64,000 nucleotides of DNA, taken from the NCBI RefSeq assembly GCF_963853765.1, contig NC_088855.1, positions 47,864,001-47,928,000 on the forward strand, in the 5' to 3' direction. Origin of the DNA: Magallana gigas (Eukaryota). Within the stretch, counting starts at the first letter, position 1; every line of letters begins with the position of its first letter. Under the pieces are notes generated by a model. It searched no databases and was not told the DNA's origin. It was given only the letters and a program-made list of their open reading frames with translations. The position numbers were made by a program, and so were the translations under genes. Shown in pieces: positions 21,753 through 35,145 of the stretch.

Positions 21753-23763
21753 TTTGTACACCGTAGTCAACCTGTAGTTTATCCTTTTCTTTGCTCGAAA
21801 GGCAGTTGTATCTCTTTATTTATATGACAGCATAGTGATTCATCAAAAGTTTAAGTATTGAAAAAATAAAGGGTTACGCAAGCCTGCCTCTTAGTTTTAA
21901 AGAAGAATAGACAAGAAAGAGTGGCCGTACTGTGATCAAATGTATTTGCTCATTAAACACCCTAGCTTAAATGTTCGTGCAAAGATGGTCGATTACATAT
22001 TATGAAACAATAATAGGGTTAAAATCCATTTTAACTAAAGCTACTTTTATATTTGATGATTAAGTTCAGAAGCATCGTTTTGACTTAAATACATTTGATG
22101 AATGCTAATCATGCACAGAATAAAAATAAAATCACCCAAACCTTATACGTTCATAAGCCCAAACTTGCTTGTTAGAAAACTTGGGGTTTCAGAAAATATG
22201 AGAGAAAACAATAAGTATGAGGATACAGGAAATCATCAAATTCTCCATCTTATTATCAACTTTCTTAAATTTGAGTAGTGTATGGGAGATTTCAATTAAC
22301 TGTATATTACTGAATATTCATAATTATTATCCTTGCAAAGTTGAGGAACTTATGGTATTTTATTCACAGACAGATGACATTTCCATGAGCATAATGGTAT
22401 TTCATTCAAATTGATTGACGTATAAAACATATTTTAAAAAAAACCAGTTGGTTTTGTAGTCGTTCTTTTGATTGTTTTTTACTATAAAAAGCTTAATAGC
22501 AGATTATTGATTTTAGATATTAAAAAAACTTGATATTTGAAAATTGTGGAATCAATAAATCCATGATTTAGTTGATCAAGTTCAAATACTTATATAAATG
22601 TAAAGAAAATATATAGTAAACATGATCGAGAACTTCAAGAATAATAATTAGTCTCAATATAGAATTAGAGGTACAGACAAAATCAATTTTACAATAAACA
22701 AAAATCAATTTTACAGGTACCAACCCACCTGACAATTTTCACAGAGAATAAATGTACACAATCATTATGTACAACCATCTTTCAATCTAACAGCATATAT
22801 AGATTATCAATAAATACGTACATACATTCACTATCAAAGATTTTATTTATAGACAATACGAAAAAATATAATAAAGTCATGTCATGTAAATAAATAAATA
22901 TATTAAAACTATATTCTTTACGGAGTGAATGTGATTTACTTAGAAAAGAGTAAAGCAGTACAATAAAAAAGATTTCAATAACTATTATATACAACACTTA
23001 AAGTGGCAATTTTATAATTTGAGAAGTACAATTCGGATTCTAATTATCACATGAATTTCAATTCACATAAATATAAATGTTACGTAAATTTCACGTTAAT
23101 TCAGAAGGATTACATGCGTACAAGTCTGTTATTTATTATATCTTTTAAAAATATAGTTTTGAACCTTTGTTGAATGGACCGAATAAATGTGCCCCTTTTT
23201 ATATTGATCAAGTTTAGACAAAATGGTTCTTAAAAAAAAAAAAGATTCAATGTCGTGCTATTATGATCTATAAAAAAATCAGTTCTTTTACATAGAGTAT
23301 ATACATGTAATTAATATAAACTTAGATTTAATCATAATGTGCAAATGTAAGGTTAGCCATTATGCGTACTATAACTGCCAGTATTGTTGATTATGCTACG
23401 TAGAAAATCATGCATTTTAAAAATCTATTGGTTGTTCTCTACATGTAATTTGTTTCTCAAAATAATCATCTAATTGGTATATATTTTATAAACATTGATT
23501 ATGGTAAACAATTTTCGTATTGTGGCAATTAATAGTATATGAATCAAGGAGTGTATCGATGTGAAAAAGAATAATTATAGCCGAAATATCATATTTTTAA
23601 AAATTAAAGTATTTTTTCACCATCTATTGAATTTTATCCAGGTGCTGTTCAGAGTTCCTAGTAAAATTTTCCGTTTACGTATTTATTTCTAATCAGAATT
23701 AAATGAACAATCCTGTAAAAATGAGACGCTTGCAAGTTTTTCACCATTGCTGCAAAGAAGTGG

Positions 23764-25771
23764 TTAACGATCTTTCAATCTTTTCGATCTCTTTGTGGTA
23801 GCGGGTGTAGCTAAAAGTGAAGAAAAAAAGAAGAAATTATTATTTTAAAAATATGAAAAAAAAATGAAATGGTCTTTTGCCTGCAAATTTAATAAAAGTA
23901 TTTTGATCGTAATATTTCAGCATTCGATTTTATGTGCCTTGGATATGGAAAGTGTTATAAAGTAAACGTAGGTACCTTGGACTACATTTTATTACGAGAA
24001 GAAAATACGACTACAATCTCTTCACAAAAATAGGAACGGTTATACCTTTCTGTACATCGGTTAATTCAACGTCCCCAAAAAACGGAGAGTTAACTCAATA
24101 AATTCAACACAGTGTGACACAACTTTTAATAGGTTGTGAGGTAAAGGTGAGGTATTTTTCCCTTTTTGATGCCGAATATAAGTATAATATCCGTAATTTA
24201 TTGATTGTGCGCATTAAGAACGACAAAATTTCAATAAATGAACATTATAGATAACACTCTGAATAAATATATATTTCTCCCTTAACCTTTTTAGCAAGAC
24301 TCATTGCATAAACAATGGTCAGGTTATGGTTACCATGTTAAATCAACAACCGTTAAAATCGTTCTCCGCACAAAAATGTAGTTCCAATTTGAAAGAAAAC
24401 GTAGAATGTGCATTATGCCATTTGGTCATTTTGAGTTTACATCTGCTATATTTAAACATTACACATTCTTCTCTTCCGACGTATTCTTAATACTTCGAGA
24501 GTGCCGCTATGTAAAGTTGCTGAGCGGAAAAGGTTGTTAACAATTGTAGCCAATCCAATAAATTGTTGCGGGAGTTGTTTTAGAAGCGTTACTTTACAAA
24601 AGCTAAGCTTAGCTGACCCTCGCACGATTTTTTAAATTTACGATTAAATTAAATTAAATTCATTATAGTGTCTCAATGTGACTATCCAGTTTGTAATAAT
24701 GCCAGTCTATATCATGAATACGTTTTCAATACATATCAAATGAGCACGGATATTTTTGCTTTATGTTCTTTGATTTATGATATTGATAATGACGATTACG
24801 GTAATATTAAATGAGTGAAAGAGCTTCTGTTAAGAGTTGTTTAAGAGAATGATTAAGTTATACTGTGTGCAGTTTGTAATGAGAGAGAATTATTAAAATA
24901 GAGTACATGTCAAGTGTTAGTTTATGGCCTTTGTTTCAATGACGTTCATACATGTATCTCCCCACCCGCCGTCAAACATACAAAACTCTCACAATTTTTT
25001 GAGATTGTTATAATTGTTGTGATCAAAACTCCGCAGCCTAATAAATCGTCACCATATGCCCAAGTAAAGCTTAGATAAATGGAAGAGAGAATTTAAATCT
25101 ATTGGGTCATATTTGGAGTAAATGCTCAAAGTATTATAGAACACCATTTTAAGTAAAATAAAAAAAATAATGAAATTAATAATCAAAGGTGATATGTCAC
25201 TAGTATTTAACCCCGCAGTTTAATTCTGAACTTTGTAGCATTCTCCCTCTCTCTCGTATCACTGAAATTACATCTTATCAAAAAGACCATCAATTAATTT
25301 TCTAAGAATATCAATAGAATATCACTAATTTAAACTGAGGTCTATAATTTGAATATAGTTTATATTAAATTTCAGATTTCCTTGACTCCGCCTTATCTAG
25401 TTTCGTGGTTGTGTAAAAAAAACTTACTAGTCACGGGCGGGCGAGGTTTATAAAAATACTGAGCTCCAATAACGTCCTCCAGATTAGGGTCATGTTTATC
25501 CAATATTAAAATGTGTCCCTAAAGAATACAAAATATAAATATTGTTATACAACTGTTAACACTTTGCTTTATTCATAATTAAATTATTTATCATACTAAC
25601 CAATAATTTTTCAATTGTAGTTTGGGCAATAATCTCCTTTTATTTACATTTTCAAAAATAGTTACAGGCTATTTATATACATTTTTTTTTTCAAATAAAA
25701 GATTTGGAAAGCCTACACATTCCAGTACATGTACATATATATTCATTAAAAAAAATTATATAAATACATGT

Positions 25772-25861
<90 letters not shown>

Positions 25862-26415
25862 ACACAGAAGTTTATCGAGCCCATTCCAAAATATTTCAGA
25901 AGAAAATAAATGTATTATTATCATGACGACAAACTTTTATTTAGAATTGTTATTGCAGATGTACCTACCGTGCACTGATTTAGGTCCAGATTAATCGTAA
26001 AGGATAAACAGTCGGGCTCTAGATGACACAGTTTCGCACACTCTCCCACATTTTCTGCATATTTTGGAGCAACCCAGGTGTTCAGCGATGACTCTGTAAC
26101 CCCGCGGCCTACCAGATCTTCAGAGGATTCGAACACGTCTCTAGCAAAAACTACTCACCCAACGAATGGTGAAATTAATACAATGTTTATTTATTTATGA
26201 TATTGCATTTAAAACGATATATTTAAGACTTAATCTGCTGAATTTCGGGGTTTATTTTGTGGCTTTTTGTTTTGTTTTTGTTATTTTGGGTATTTTAATA
26301 AAAAAAATACCAATGATGAAGAAATGCTCAAAAGGGAATAGGAATACTTTTAACTTGAATTACCATTGGCGTACAAGATAAAAAAGGAGAAAGAAATCCT
26401 AATCCAGAGATTCAT
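23764..26415 (-). CDS. Secreted PAN/apple-domain protein, paralog 2 (~123 aa)
   Basis: Exons 26415-26364 (MNLWIRISFSFFILYAN), 26150-25969 (VFARDVFESS...GECAKLCHLEPDCLSFTINLDLNQCT), 25518-25428 (GHILILDKHDPNLEDVIGAQYFYKPRPPVT) and 23810-23764 (TTPATTKRSKRLKDR*). Phases 1/0/1 match paralog 1, and the total of 372 nt is in frame. The last exon is the least certain. Confidence 0.75.
25786..25857. repeat. (CT)n microsatellite in a PAN paralog 2 intron
   Basis: Perfect CT run. Confidence 0.95.
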
Positions 26416-26738
26416 TGTAACTCCCATGAACACTGAGAATCTTATGACTCAATTCAAAGGCCTATCGTTCTTTTGCACTTATTATTTTAGTTTCCGTTTA
26501 CACATGCGTACATAGAGATATTAACAATTTATAGTTGCACATAACTTATGTCAAAGAATTGTTTGCTTATATCGATGCATTATTTAAAACTGTTTACAAG
26601 ATTTACAAATAAAAGTAATTATTGCATAGATTTTCCTTGTCTCGGAAATTGATTATCCTTTATCAAACAAACCTTTTATTATTCCTTTTAATTAATTTTT
26701 TTTTCTTCAAACACCAAGTGGGATTGGGATGATGTATC

Positions 26739-26741
<3 letters not shown>

Positions 26742-26797
<56 letters not shown>
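26742..26797. repeat. (GA)n microsatellite
   Basis: Perfect GA run. Confidence 0.95.
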
Positions 26798-26802
<5 letters not shown>

Positions 26803-27457
26803 CAATAAAATTAATATATTTATTCGAGTTAATTTGACGCTACCTTTAATGTTATTGGCGATAATTAAGACATTTTTCATGTTGTTGTTTTGATGTCAAA
26901 TAAAGTATTTTTCCTTATTAATATATCAAATAAATCCATTCACAAGGTATCAAACCCTTTATTCATACTGCTATATTTATTTTTGTGATAATTATTTGTG
27001 TTAATTATGATGTTATCAAAATCCGTTTAAAGATCAGTATTACTGCTAGCATATCAATATAACTCCTAAATATCCTAAGCAATCAAATGCTGAAACAACT
27101 GTTTTTCAAGTCTCTTTATTCTAAAATACCTCTATTGTCTTGTTTATCTTCAAAATACACTTCTGATGAAGCAATATGCCATTTCAAAGTATTTGCTATT
27201 CTTTTAATCCCTCTTATTGATAGTAATAATGTACATAGTGATATACAAGTAAATAACAATAAGTTAAATACCTTGAATAACGAGAAAGCGTTTTGCTTGG
27301 TGATTTATTCATTATAATGTTTTGACACACTCTCTTATAAACAAAAGCTGAGACAGGTAATTCAAATATATCATTATATGTTTGCTTCAAAATAGGATTA
27401 TTTAATTCATCATGGAGTGACCTGTCCGCCACTAGTGGTAGTGGTTTCTTGGGTGAC

Positions 27458-28754
27458 CTATCCGCCACCGGTGGTAGTGGTTTCCAGGGTAACCTGGCCG
27501 CCAACAGTGGTAGTAGTGGTTTCTTGGGTGACCTGTCCGCCACCAATGGTAGAAGTGGTTTCCTGAGTAACTTGTTCGCCGCCACGAGCCTCTTTTTGAG
27601 GACCCCCTCCTTTCTTTGTCGTTGTGGTGGATGGTATGGGTGTTGTTGGCGGTGTTGGACTGTACGCTGAATGACACGATTGTAATCAATAATCATATGT
27701 TTGATAAAAATGATTGCTTACGGGTCAAAGTGACTTGTATATAATAAAAATGTTAATTGAACTTCTTTTGACTTAAACCTACTTATGCTGTAGTAATACT
27801 GTGATCCTAAATCTTCGTTGAAAGATCCTGTTTGACGGTCGAAAATCTCAGGATGGCCCTGCATATAAACCAAAAGACATCATCGTTAACCAACATTAAT
27901 TCAAAGTTTAAAGTTTTACCATGAATAATTTTTATTGTGATTTGTACGAATAATTCGTCTCATTTTCTGTTAGCAGTCTAAATTCAGTTTATACTTGTAT
28001 GACGTTAGTTATTTAGTTATTTCTATAGTAACGCATTATTAATTCATAGGGAAACTGTAGTAAAACTTTGGTAATGAGTAGAGGATAAGAGAGACGATCA
28101 ATAGATACCCGGCAATTCCTGGTTATCCAGTTGTAAGTGAATGACAAACAGTCTTTGTTCAGTTTACACGTTTTGGCACACATTCCCATGTCATCAGCGG
28201 TGACCACAGACCACAGGTCATTTTTACGGACAGACAAACCGTGAAAGTCAAGAGAGGACTCGTAAACATCCCAGCAGTCAACTGCAATTGTGAACATAGA
28301 TCAAGTGTGAAACCACTCAACAACACAAATGATTTCAACATAACTGTTTTGCTGCTATTTTGTAGAGTAAAATCAATTTGATGAGATGGATAAAATGCAA
28401 TTAATCTTTGGTAAAGAATTATGTTAAAACATGATATATTTTAATGTATTATACTCAGAATTGATATTATAATTCAAACATATTTCTCTTTTATAAGCAA
28501 AATCTAAGTATATGCTCAATAACTAAAATATGCAACATTGATTGAATCCTTCCAAGGTCTTTAACCTAGCCATTTTGACTGCTTGCACTTTTAACATAGG
28601 TATATATAAATTGACATCTATTTGTAAAAGAAAATCAAAATTTAAACATACAATGCAAAACTGTGCTAAAACGTTTTTTATGCTTACCAGACGGATTGCA
28701 TAAAATCAACAGAAAAAAGCCCAGATAAGTGGACATGTGCAGCATCTTCTTCAT
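27458..28754 (-). CDS. Secreted PAN/apple-domain protein with Thr-rich mucin-like tail, paralog 1 (174 aa)
   Basis: Exons 28754-28688 (MKKMLHMSTYLGFFLLILCNPS, donor gtaagc), 28281-28109 (VDCWDVYESS...MCAKTCKLNKDCLSFTYNWITRNCR), 27858-27783 (GHPEIFDRQTGSFNEDLGSQYYYSI) and 27666-27458 (TYSPTPPTTPIPSTTTTKK...GGQVTQETTT repeats, ending TAG). Phases match and the total is 525 nt. Confidence 0.82.
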
Positions 28755-29559
28755 GGCACAAGACTGAAAAATCGACTCTACTTTCGATACATGCTAGTTA
28801 AACAAACATATTTTAGAAATCATTAAGTTAATACACTTACAGCTACCATATTGATTTAAAATAAAAGCATCATCATACATACAACAATAACTTGTATCAA
28901 TGCCGACAGAATCCAAGTGTTTAAAATTCAATAGCTTTGACTATGCCTTGGTTCGACAAATACTTTTATCTTCGGCTGATGTATGTTTTAATCGATGTAC
29001 ACATAGTTTTTTTTTATGGTAAACTATTTTGTTTAGAATCACAATCATCAGATTGGCGTACATTTAATATGGTTTAGTTCCTTAAAATACTCCATTTTGT
29101 TCATGTTTCTTTTATTCGCCATTCCGAATTGTTAACAGTACTGTTTGGCTAATTTCATGTCATTTTTAGTTGTTGTTAATATCTTTTGATACCTTTTTTT
29201 AAAACAACATCGATATCTTTTAGAATTAAATACAAATACCTTCCTTCTGCATTTCTTAATAACATTATGAGTGGATATATTGATCTGTGTGTATTTTTAA
29301 CAATTATGCCTTTTGGCAATCTTGGGTTTTTTTCGTAACGAATAATACTTGATAATTCACTGCACAGATGCTTGTGAAATTGCAGCTAGTTTGATTGTCA
29401 CATTTATGTTGCGTCGTAATTTTTATTATCAGATAATACTTTGTCGTATGTATGCCAATATTTCGTAATGTGATACTTCTTTCAATATATGCTAATATAT
29501 TATTGCAGGATGACATTTCGCCATTTTATACTAAAAATTTAATATTTTATTTCCTTATG

Positions 29560-29915
29560 CTTTCATGTTAAATACTGAAATCTGATTGGTTTAGACGCAG
29601 TTAATAATCCGTTTTATTACCCTCAGCGGTAGCAGCTTACTTGGCAACAGGTAACATAACGAATTGTTATATGCGCGTAAATTATGCGCCTTCGGTTCGA
29701 CGTAGAAGTCATTTCTATAAAAAAAAAACCAGTATTTTTTTTAAATCAAGACATTCAGTTTAATAAAATAAATAGTACCTGTTTGGGAGGATAACAGTTG
29801 AAATGGACACTCTTCGAAAACCGTTGTCAACCTCCGATTCGCGTCGGTTGACAGTGGTGTTCTCGGGGTGTCAATTTCAACTGTTTCCCTCGAAAACAAG
29901 CACTATTTATATAAT
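29560..29915. repeat. Probable interspersed non-autonomous repeat with internal hairpin (possibly Crypton-like)
   Basis: atctgattggtttaga near the start, hairpin gtcaacc-tccgattcgcgtc-ggttgac, and end tatttatataata. Classification is by resemblance only. Confidence 0.3.
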
Positions 29916-32685
29916 ACAACATTATATGACTATACGTTTTTGTGACTATTTGTTAATCATTCATTATGATGGTACTTTGACTTATATGACGATTCTTCAT
30001 TATTCGATGATACTTTAGCATTATATGCTAAGAGTATGTCTTCGTACGCTGATACTTCATTCTGTGATAGCATTTTGGCATTTTGTGATGATACATTAAT
30101 TAAGTATAATGGTTTTTTGTGAAACTTTTACGCCATATACTAATAATTTTTTTAATTTTTAAAACCAACAAATTCATATTGTAGGACACAGGCTCCCTTT
30201 CTTAACGAGACCAAGTGTAATCATTTTTATCTTAGATATATTGATAAAATACCTTGCATGAAATTTACTACTTTATCAATTACTTATGGATTGAAAGACT
30301 ACGGGTTTGATAATGAAGTGCTAATTGGGATAAGTATTTATTCTTGAATAATATTCCAAAGTTTTAAAACGCATTTGTCGTTTCACTACATTGACATAAT
30401 CATTTTCTGATTTATCAGGAATATATAAAGGTATATGGATTTTTTTTTCATATGATACATGAGACATTATTTAAACGACTCTTCAGTGATTACGTTCGGT
30501 GTTTTCCATCAGTTCTGGGCTTGTATAATTGATTCTTAATTGATTATTGCATAAACGTCATAATTATTATTTATCCATAGCAAATAAATCCATCAACTCT
30601 CAAATAAAAGGACCGGGGTTCAGGGGTTTCTAAGGGGTGCGCTAAATATATCTTCGACTTTATTGAACATGATTCCGGTAGATTGCACGAACTTTTTGTT
30701 TTCTGTTACCCATGGCGACCACAAATGAAAGTTTTATGATCGTTTGATATGCTGTTGTATTACTGATACTTTTTAGGCCGAGACTAATTATTTTTATCAA
30801 ACATATTTTGAAAAACATTTTGATAAAACTTTTTTAATACTACATCAATTATTTAAAGATATGAAAAGCTATGTATTGACCATACCGATTTTAAGGAATC
30901 GTCTTAAAGATTATGCATTCTAATGAATTTGTTGGAGAACACCTCATTTTAAAAAATGTTTCCGTACTTTTTCGTTTTTCTGCTATTTGGATTTCGTTTT
31001 CTTTCGAATTAATGAAAACTCTTGCGAAATGTCACTGAATGAAATTGGTCCAAGAGAATCATATTAAAGATATTGGAGAAGGAAAACTAATTAGAGAAAT
31101 TATATACAATTCTTTATATAAAATTCGTTTGATGCAAGGTGGAAACTGTATTAGGAAATAATTCGTGACATTCCCATGTGTGCTAGGTAGTCATATTTTC
31201 TCTTTAGTATGCGCAAAGTGATGCACAAAAATGCACTAAATCATGATGTGTAGCCATTTGTGCAGAAATCGATTGATAAGAGAATTGAGCACAATAGTTT
31301 TTAACAAATTCATATGACAAATCAGTCGACTTTTTATATGATGATAACATGCCATTATTGTACAATTTTTGTTGCCAGCTCACATGCACGTGTGTTACGT
31401 AAACATTAAATAAAATATTAGGTAAAACAAAAAGAGAGATTCTAACACTCTTCATTTTAATTCAGGTGTCGCTCCCAACTTTGCATTTATAGTGTCTGCG
31501 TGTCTGAAGATACATGTGATAACTGTGAGAAGAGGTATATTTATCAAACGTAAAATGCAATGCGCACAAAAATCATGGTTGTGGTTTTAACGATATTTAT
31601 TGATATTTTACAATAGCAGGTACATGTATTTGGCATTAAGTACAATAAGATTGGGAAACAAGCCAAAAGGCTTTTACAAATCCCTCTCTTAGATAAGAAA
31701 AAATATGAGAGGTGCAAATTACATATAAGTGTTACGAAATTTATTTCTCACATCCCAATACACATTCCCTATTGCAACAAAAGTCCACATACACCATATC
31801 AAGAAGTGAATTTCCGTTTAATACATCGCATGATGATCATTCGCTGTGTACTAAGATATTTTATTCATGTATTCTTTGTTTACAATTACCAATCAATGTC
31901 GAAATTATCGGCGAGAAATTATCCCGAGTTTCCTCGACGATTCATTTGGTTTTATTTATATTTCCATGCATCATTTAAACCCTTTCGTTTCATTAATTCC
32001 TCAATCACAACTCCCTCTATTGCCTTTCGATAATACATATCGTCAAAACGCCGTTATTCACGTGTTTCAGTTCTCCCATCTTGTTTACTGCTTTCCCCAT
32101 AACGGCGGGTTTGTATAGCATGCGGTATGACGTCATAAAGGCCGAGCCCGATGCCTTAAATAACGAGCTCAGCTGTTTGCACGGCAGTTGGTTTGATCTG
32201 CCACGGCAGATCAGACGGTCGAGTCCACATCTGGACAACATCCACACACTGGAAATGACCGTGGAAATTTCCCGTTGGGTAAATGCTCAATAATTTAGCA
32301 GTGGGAGCTGATGCAATAACCTTTTATTAATCAATTTATTATATTTAAGTATATAGGCTACAGGGGAAAGATTGTATAGGAACGGGACTCCCGCACGGTT
32401 AAGTGGGATATTTAGAGCTATATTTATTAAGGGTTTTGGCTATTTGTAATATTTGTATTTTAATCCCATCAAGTTGGGAATTAATTTATGTTATATTTAC
32501 ACTCCCAGAGTCTTGGGACTATCCTCGTTTAATAAACTGAAATATCTATATTTTATTTGAATCCTGACTTTGAGTTTTCTTTGGTACCAATATACAGATT
32601 TGGGAGACCCACAAGTTGCGTTTCACAACATCCCGGGTTATATATAAAACCCAAGTTCAATAAATTATAATTTATAAGCGGGACA

Positions 32686-32774
32686 GTTTTAAAAACGCAA
32701 CATTGGTGTCAGAAGTGGGATAGTTTAAAAACGCAACATTGGTGTCAGAAGTGGGATAGTTTAAAAACGCAACA
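32686..32774. repeat. 36-bp tandem repeat, ~2.4 copies
   Basis: Unit gtttaaaaacgcaacattggtgtcagaagtgggata. Confidence 0.85.
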
Positions 32775-33564
32775 TAAGTATGATTAAATAAAGAATCAGA
32801 AAGCTCATATAAAAGAGGAGAAAAAGACATCCAATATATATATATATATATCAATCACAAGTAGACATTTTGACATATGCATTAGTTTGAGAGTTGGAAT
32901 TACAAGTGCATTTATTTTTAAACTAGTGAGCTTCCCAACCCACGAACGTATAACTACATGTTACACTATAAGGAAAACTATACAATTATGTTCAGAACAA
33001 TTTGAAGTAAAACACCAAAGGAAATACATGTATGAAATACATCCCTGTATAAATATATCCTAGATGCTTTTACATATTTAGAGAATATAATTAAGTAGAA
33101 ATAGTGTCGAGGTTACACTAGGTACCCTGAAATCGTTTACTGTCGATGATAAATTTTTGAACCATATAAAAAATGTATTTATTATCATTATCGCTAAGAT
33201 TGGGAGACCCAAAGAGTAATAGGTTGCCATTTGTTGAATATCGAAGTTTGTTAATCTTGGTTGTGTTTAGAATGATCTCTTTAATTGTTTCCTATATTTT
33301 TAGATCGTGTCAGCTAAATGATTTTAGAAATAGAAAACTGGCTAGTGGTTACAAGAGTGGTCAAGACGTAGAGAGACCTACCAGTAAATTGAAGTTTTAA
33401 CACATCCATGCATATAGAACTTCAAAATTGGTTAAAATCGTAACATCTGTTTCTTCTAGCCACAATCTTAAGTATATAACATTTTTTGTTTTTCGCAGAT
33501 TAAGTGGATGTTTGTTAACCAAAAGTAATGATAAGCTTTGAATTGTCAAAGATTTTCTTTCTTA

Positions 33565-34101
33565 CCATAATCCCCAGAAATGGTGAGAAAAAAAAACCCT
33601 AATTCCCAAAATCATGAAAATGGTGAGATAAAAAAACCTAATTCCCAAAATCATGAAAATCCTATTCCGTGGGGGGGGGGGGGGGGGGGGGATCTCCTAC
33701 TCTTCCAAACCAAAAAATCTTTCCGGCCATAACATTTTTTTCCCCAAGTCATGAACATCCTAATCCGTCGGGAGGGGGGGGGGGGGAGTATACCTATAGT
33801 TCCAATAAACCAAAAAATCTTTCCTACCAAATTCTCTTTCTTTCATAAATAACGAAATTCCTAATCCGTGGAAGGGGGGGGGGGGGGGGGGAGCTAGTAT
33901 GCCTTGACTCCAACTTCTCAATATTTCAAACGTACATTAAGGAACAATTTTGTTTCCTGCGAAAAAAAGTTTGCGGGGGGGGGGGGGGGGGGGGGGGGCT
34001 GAACCCTCTATTCTGCTATGTGCCAAATGGTTAGGTCTAAATTAGCAAAAAAAGTGGGGGGGGGGGCTAAGCCCCCTAGCCCCCAAGGTTCCTGACGCCT
34101 A
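33565..34101. repeat. Degenerate modules with long poly-G tracts, probably a repeat-element remnant
   Basis: Three cctaatccgt/cctattccgt-(G)n modules, two followed by aaaccaaaaaatctttcc. Five G-runs; ends ggggctaagccccctagcccccaaggttcctgacgccta. Confidence 0.5.
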
Positions 34102-34213
34102 TGATAATAGTTCCCTGAACAAAAAATAAATCACAAACACGTCTACTCGAAAAAGAAGTTGGTACTTATAAAGCTTTCAAAGTATTGCATTTCCTCGTAT
34201 AAACTATATACAT

Positions 34214-35145
34214 TTAAAGGCCGAACATTTTTACCGGGTGGTAAATCTCAGGTGAGGGCGGGGCTTAATTATTAGAGAGGTGAAAGCCTCCGGGGCTTGC
34301 AGTCTACCGTGGTCGTAAACGCTGCTAATCGCTATACACAGGAAGCAAATTAATACACAGGAAATAAAGAATTAGTCAGAATTGGTCTTAGTTTAAATAT
34401 CTTATTGTTCTAATGACCATACGAAGCGATTTTATACGGAAATGGTATGTGTTGTCCGAATTTTCTCTAAGCACACGTGTGTAATGCACAATTGAAAAAA
34501 TGCAGTAAATTAATTCTGCTATAAAAGCATAACTCAGTACATTGTGTTTAGCGCTTGACATTGTTTAAAAACTTAATTTTAACAATTATAATAGTATAAG
34601 AAAACCATACGATCAGTATTAAAGAATGTGGAATATAAAGACAGCCATTATACGATCGACAATTAATGGAGTTCGTTTTCCATGGAGTGACGTTTACATG
34701 CACCAACTTCCAACTGAGTGAATTACCAGTAAATATAGCTTTAGTAGCACTAGCACAGTGTACGTTTGTTGTAAAAAGAAAATTTTATGTTTTGGAGCTG
34801 TCCATGCATTTTCGCGGAATTTATTCGGTCACACACATTCATTGACAAAATAATTCAAATATAAATTGTGCGTATTTTCAATCACTGAATAATTATTTTT
34901 CATAATCAGTTTTAATACTGGTAATGTTTAAAAATCAATTTTCAATTTTAATACATGACGGAAGATATCAAAGATAACGTTGTTAATTGCTAGTCAACAG
35001 AAATCAGCGGACCTGGCAAGATCACGCTCGGACGATCACGTCAATCAATTTGGGTGCTATTGTTTCAAACTTGATTGACAAGCGGCATCATTTTGAAGTT
35101 TGTACAGGTAAAAAAGGGGGCGTTTGTAAAATGTTCGGCCTTTAA
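34214..35145. mobile_element. TTAA-flanked non-autonomous TIR element (D), Kolobok-like
   Basis: ttaa-aggccgaacatttt ... aaaatgttcggcct-ttaa (perfect 14-bp TIR). Confidence 0.7.

Noticed and set aside
27214-27696. ORF-track products 27214-27696, 27432-27689 and 27449-27670
   Set aside because: They are alternative frames of the Thr-rich exon. Splice phase selects the third minus frame.
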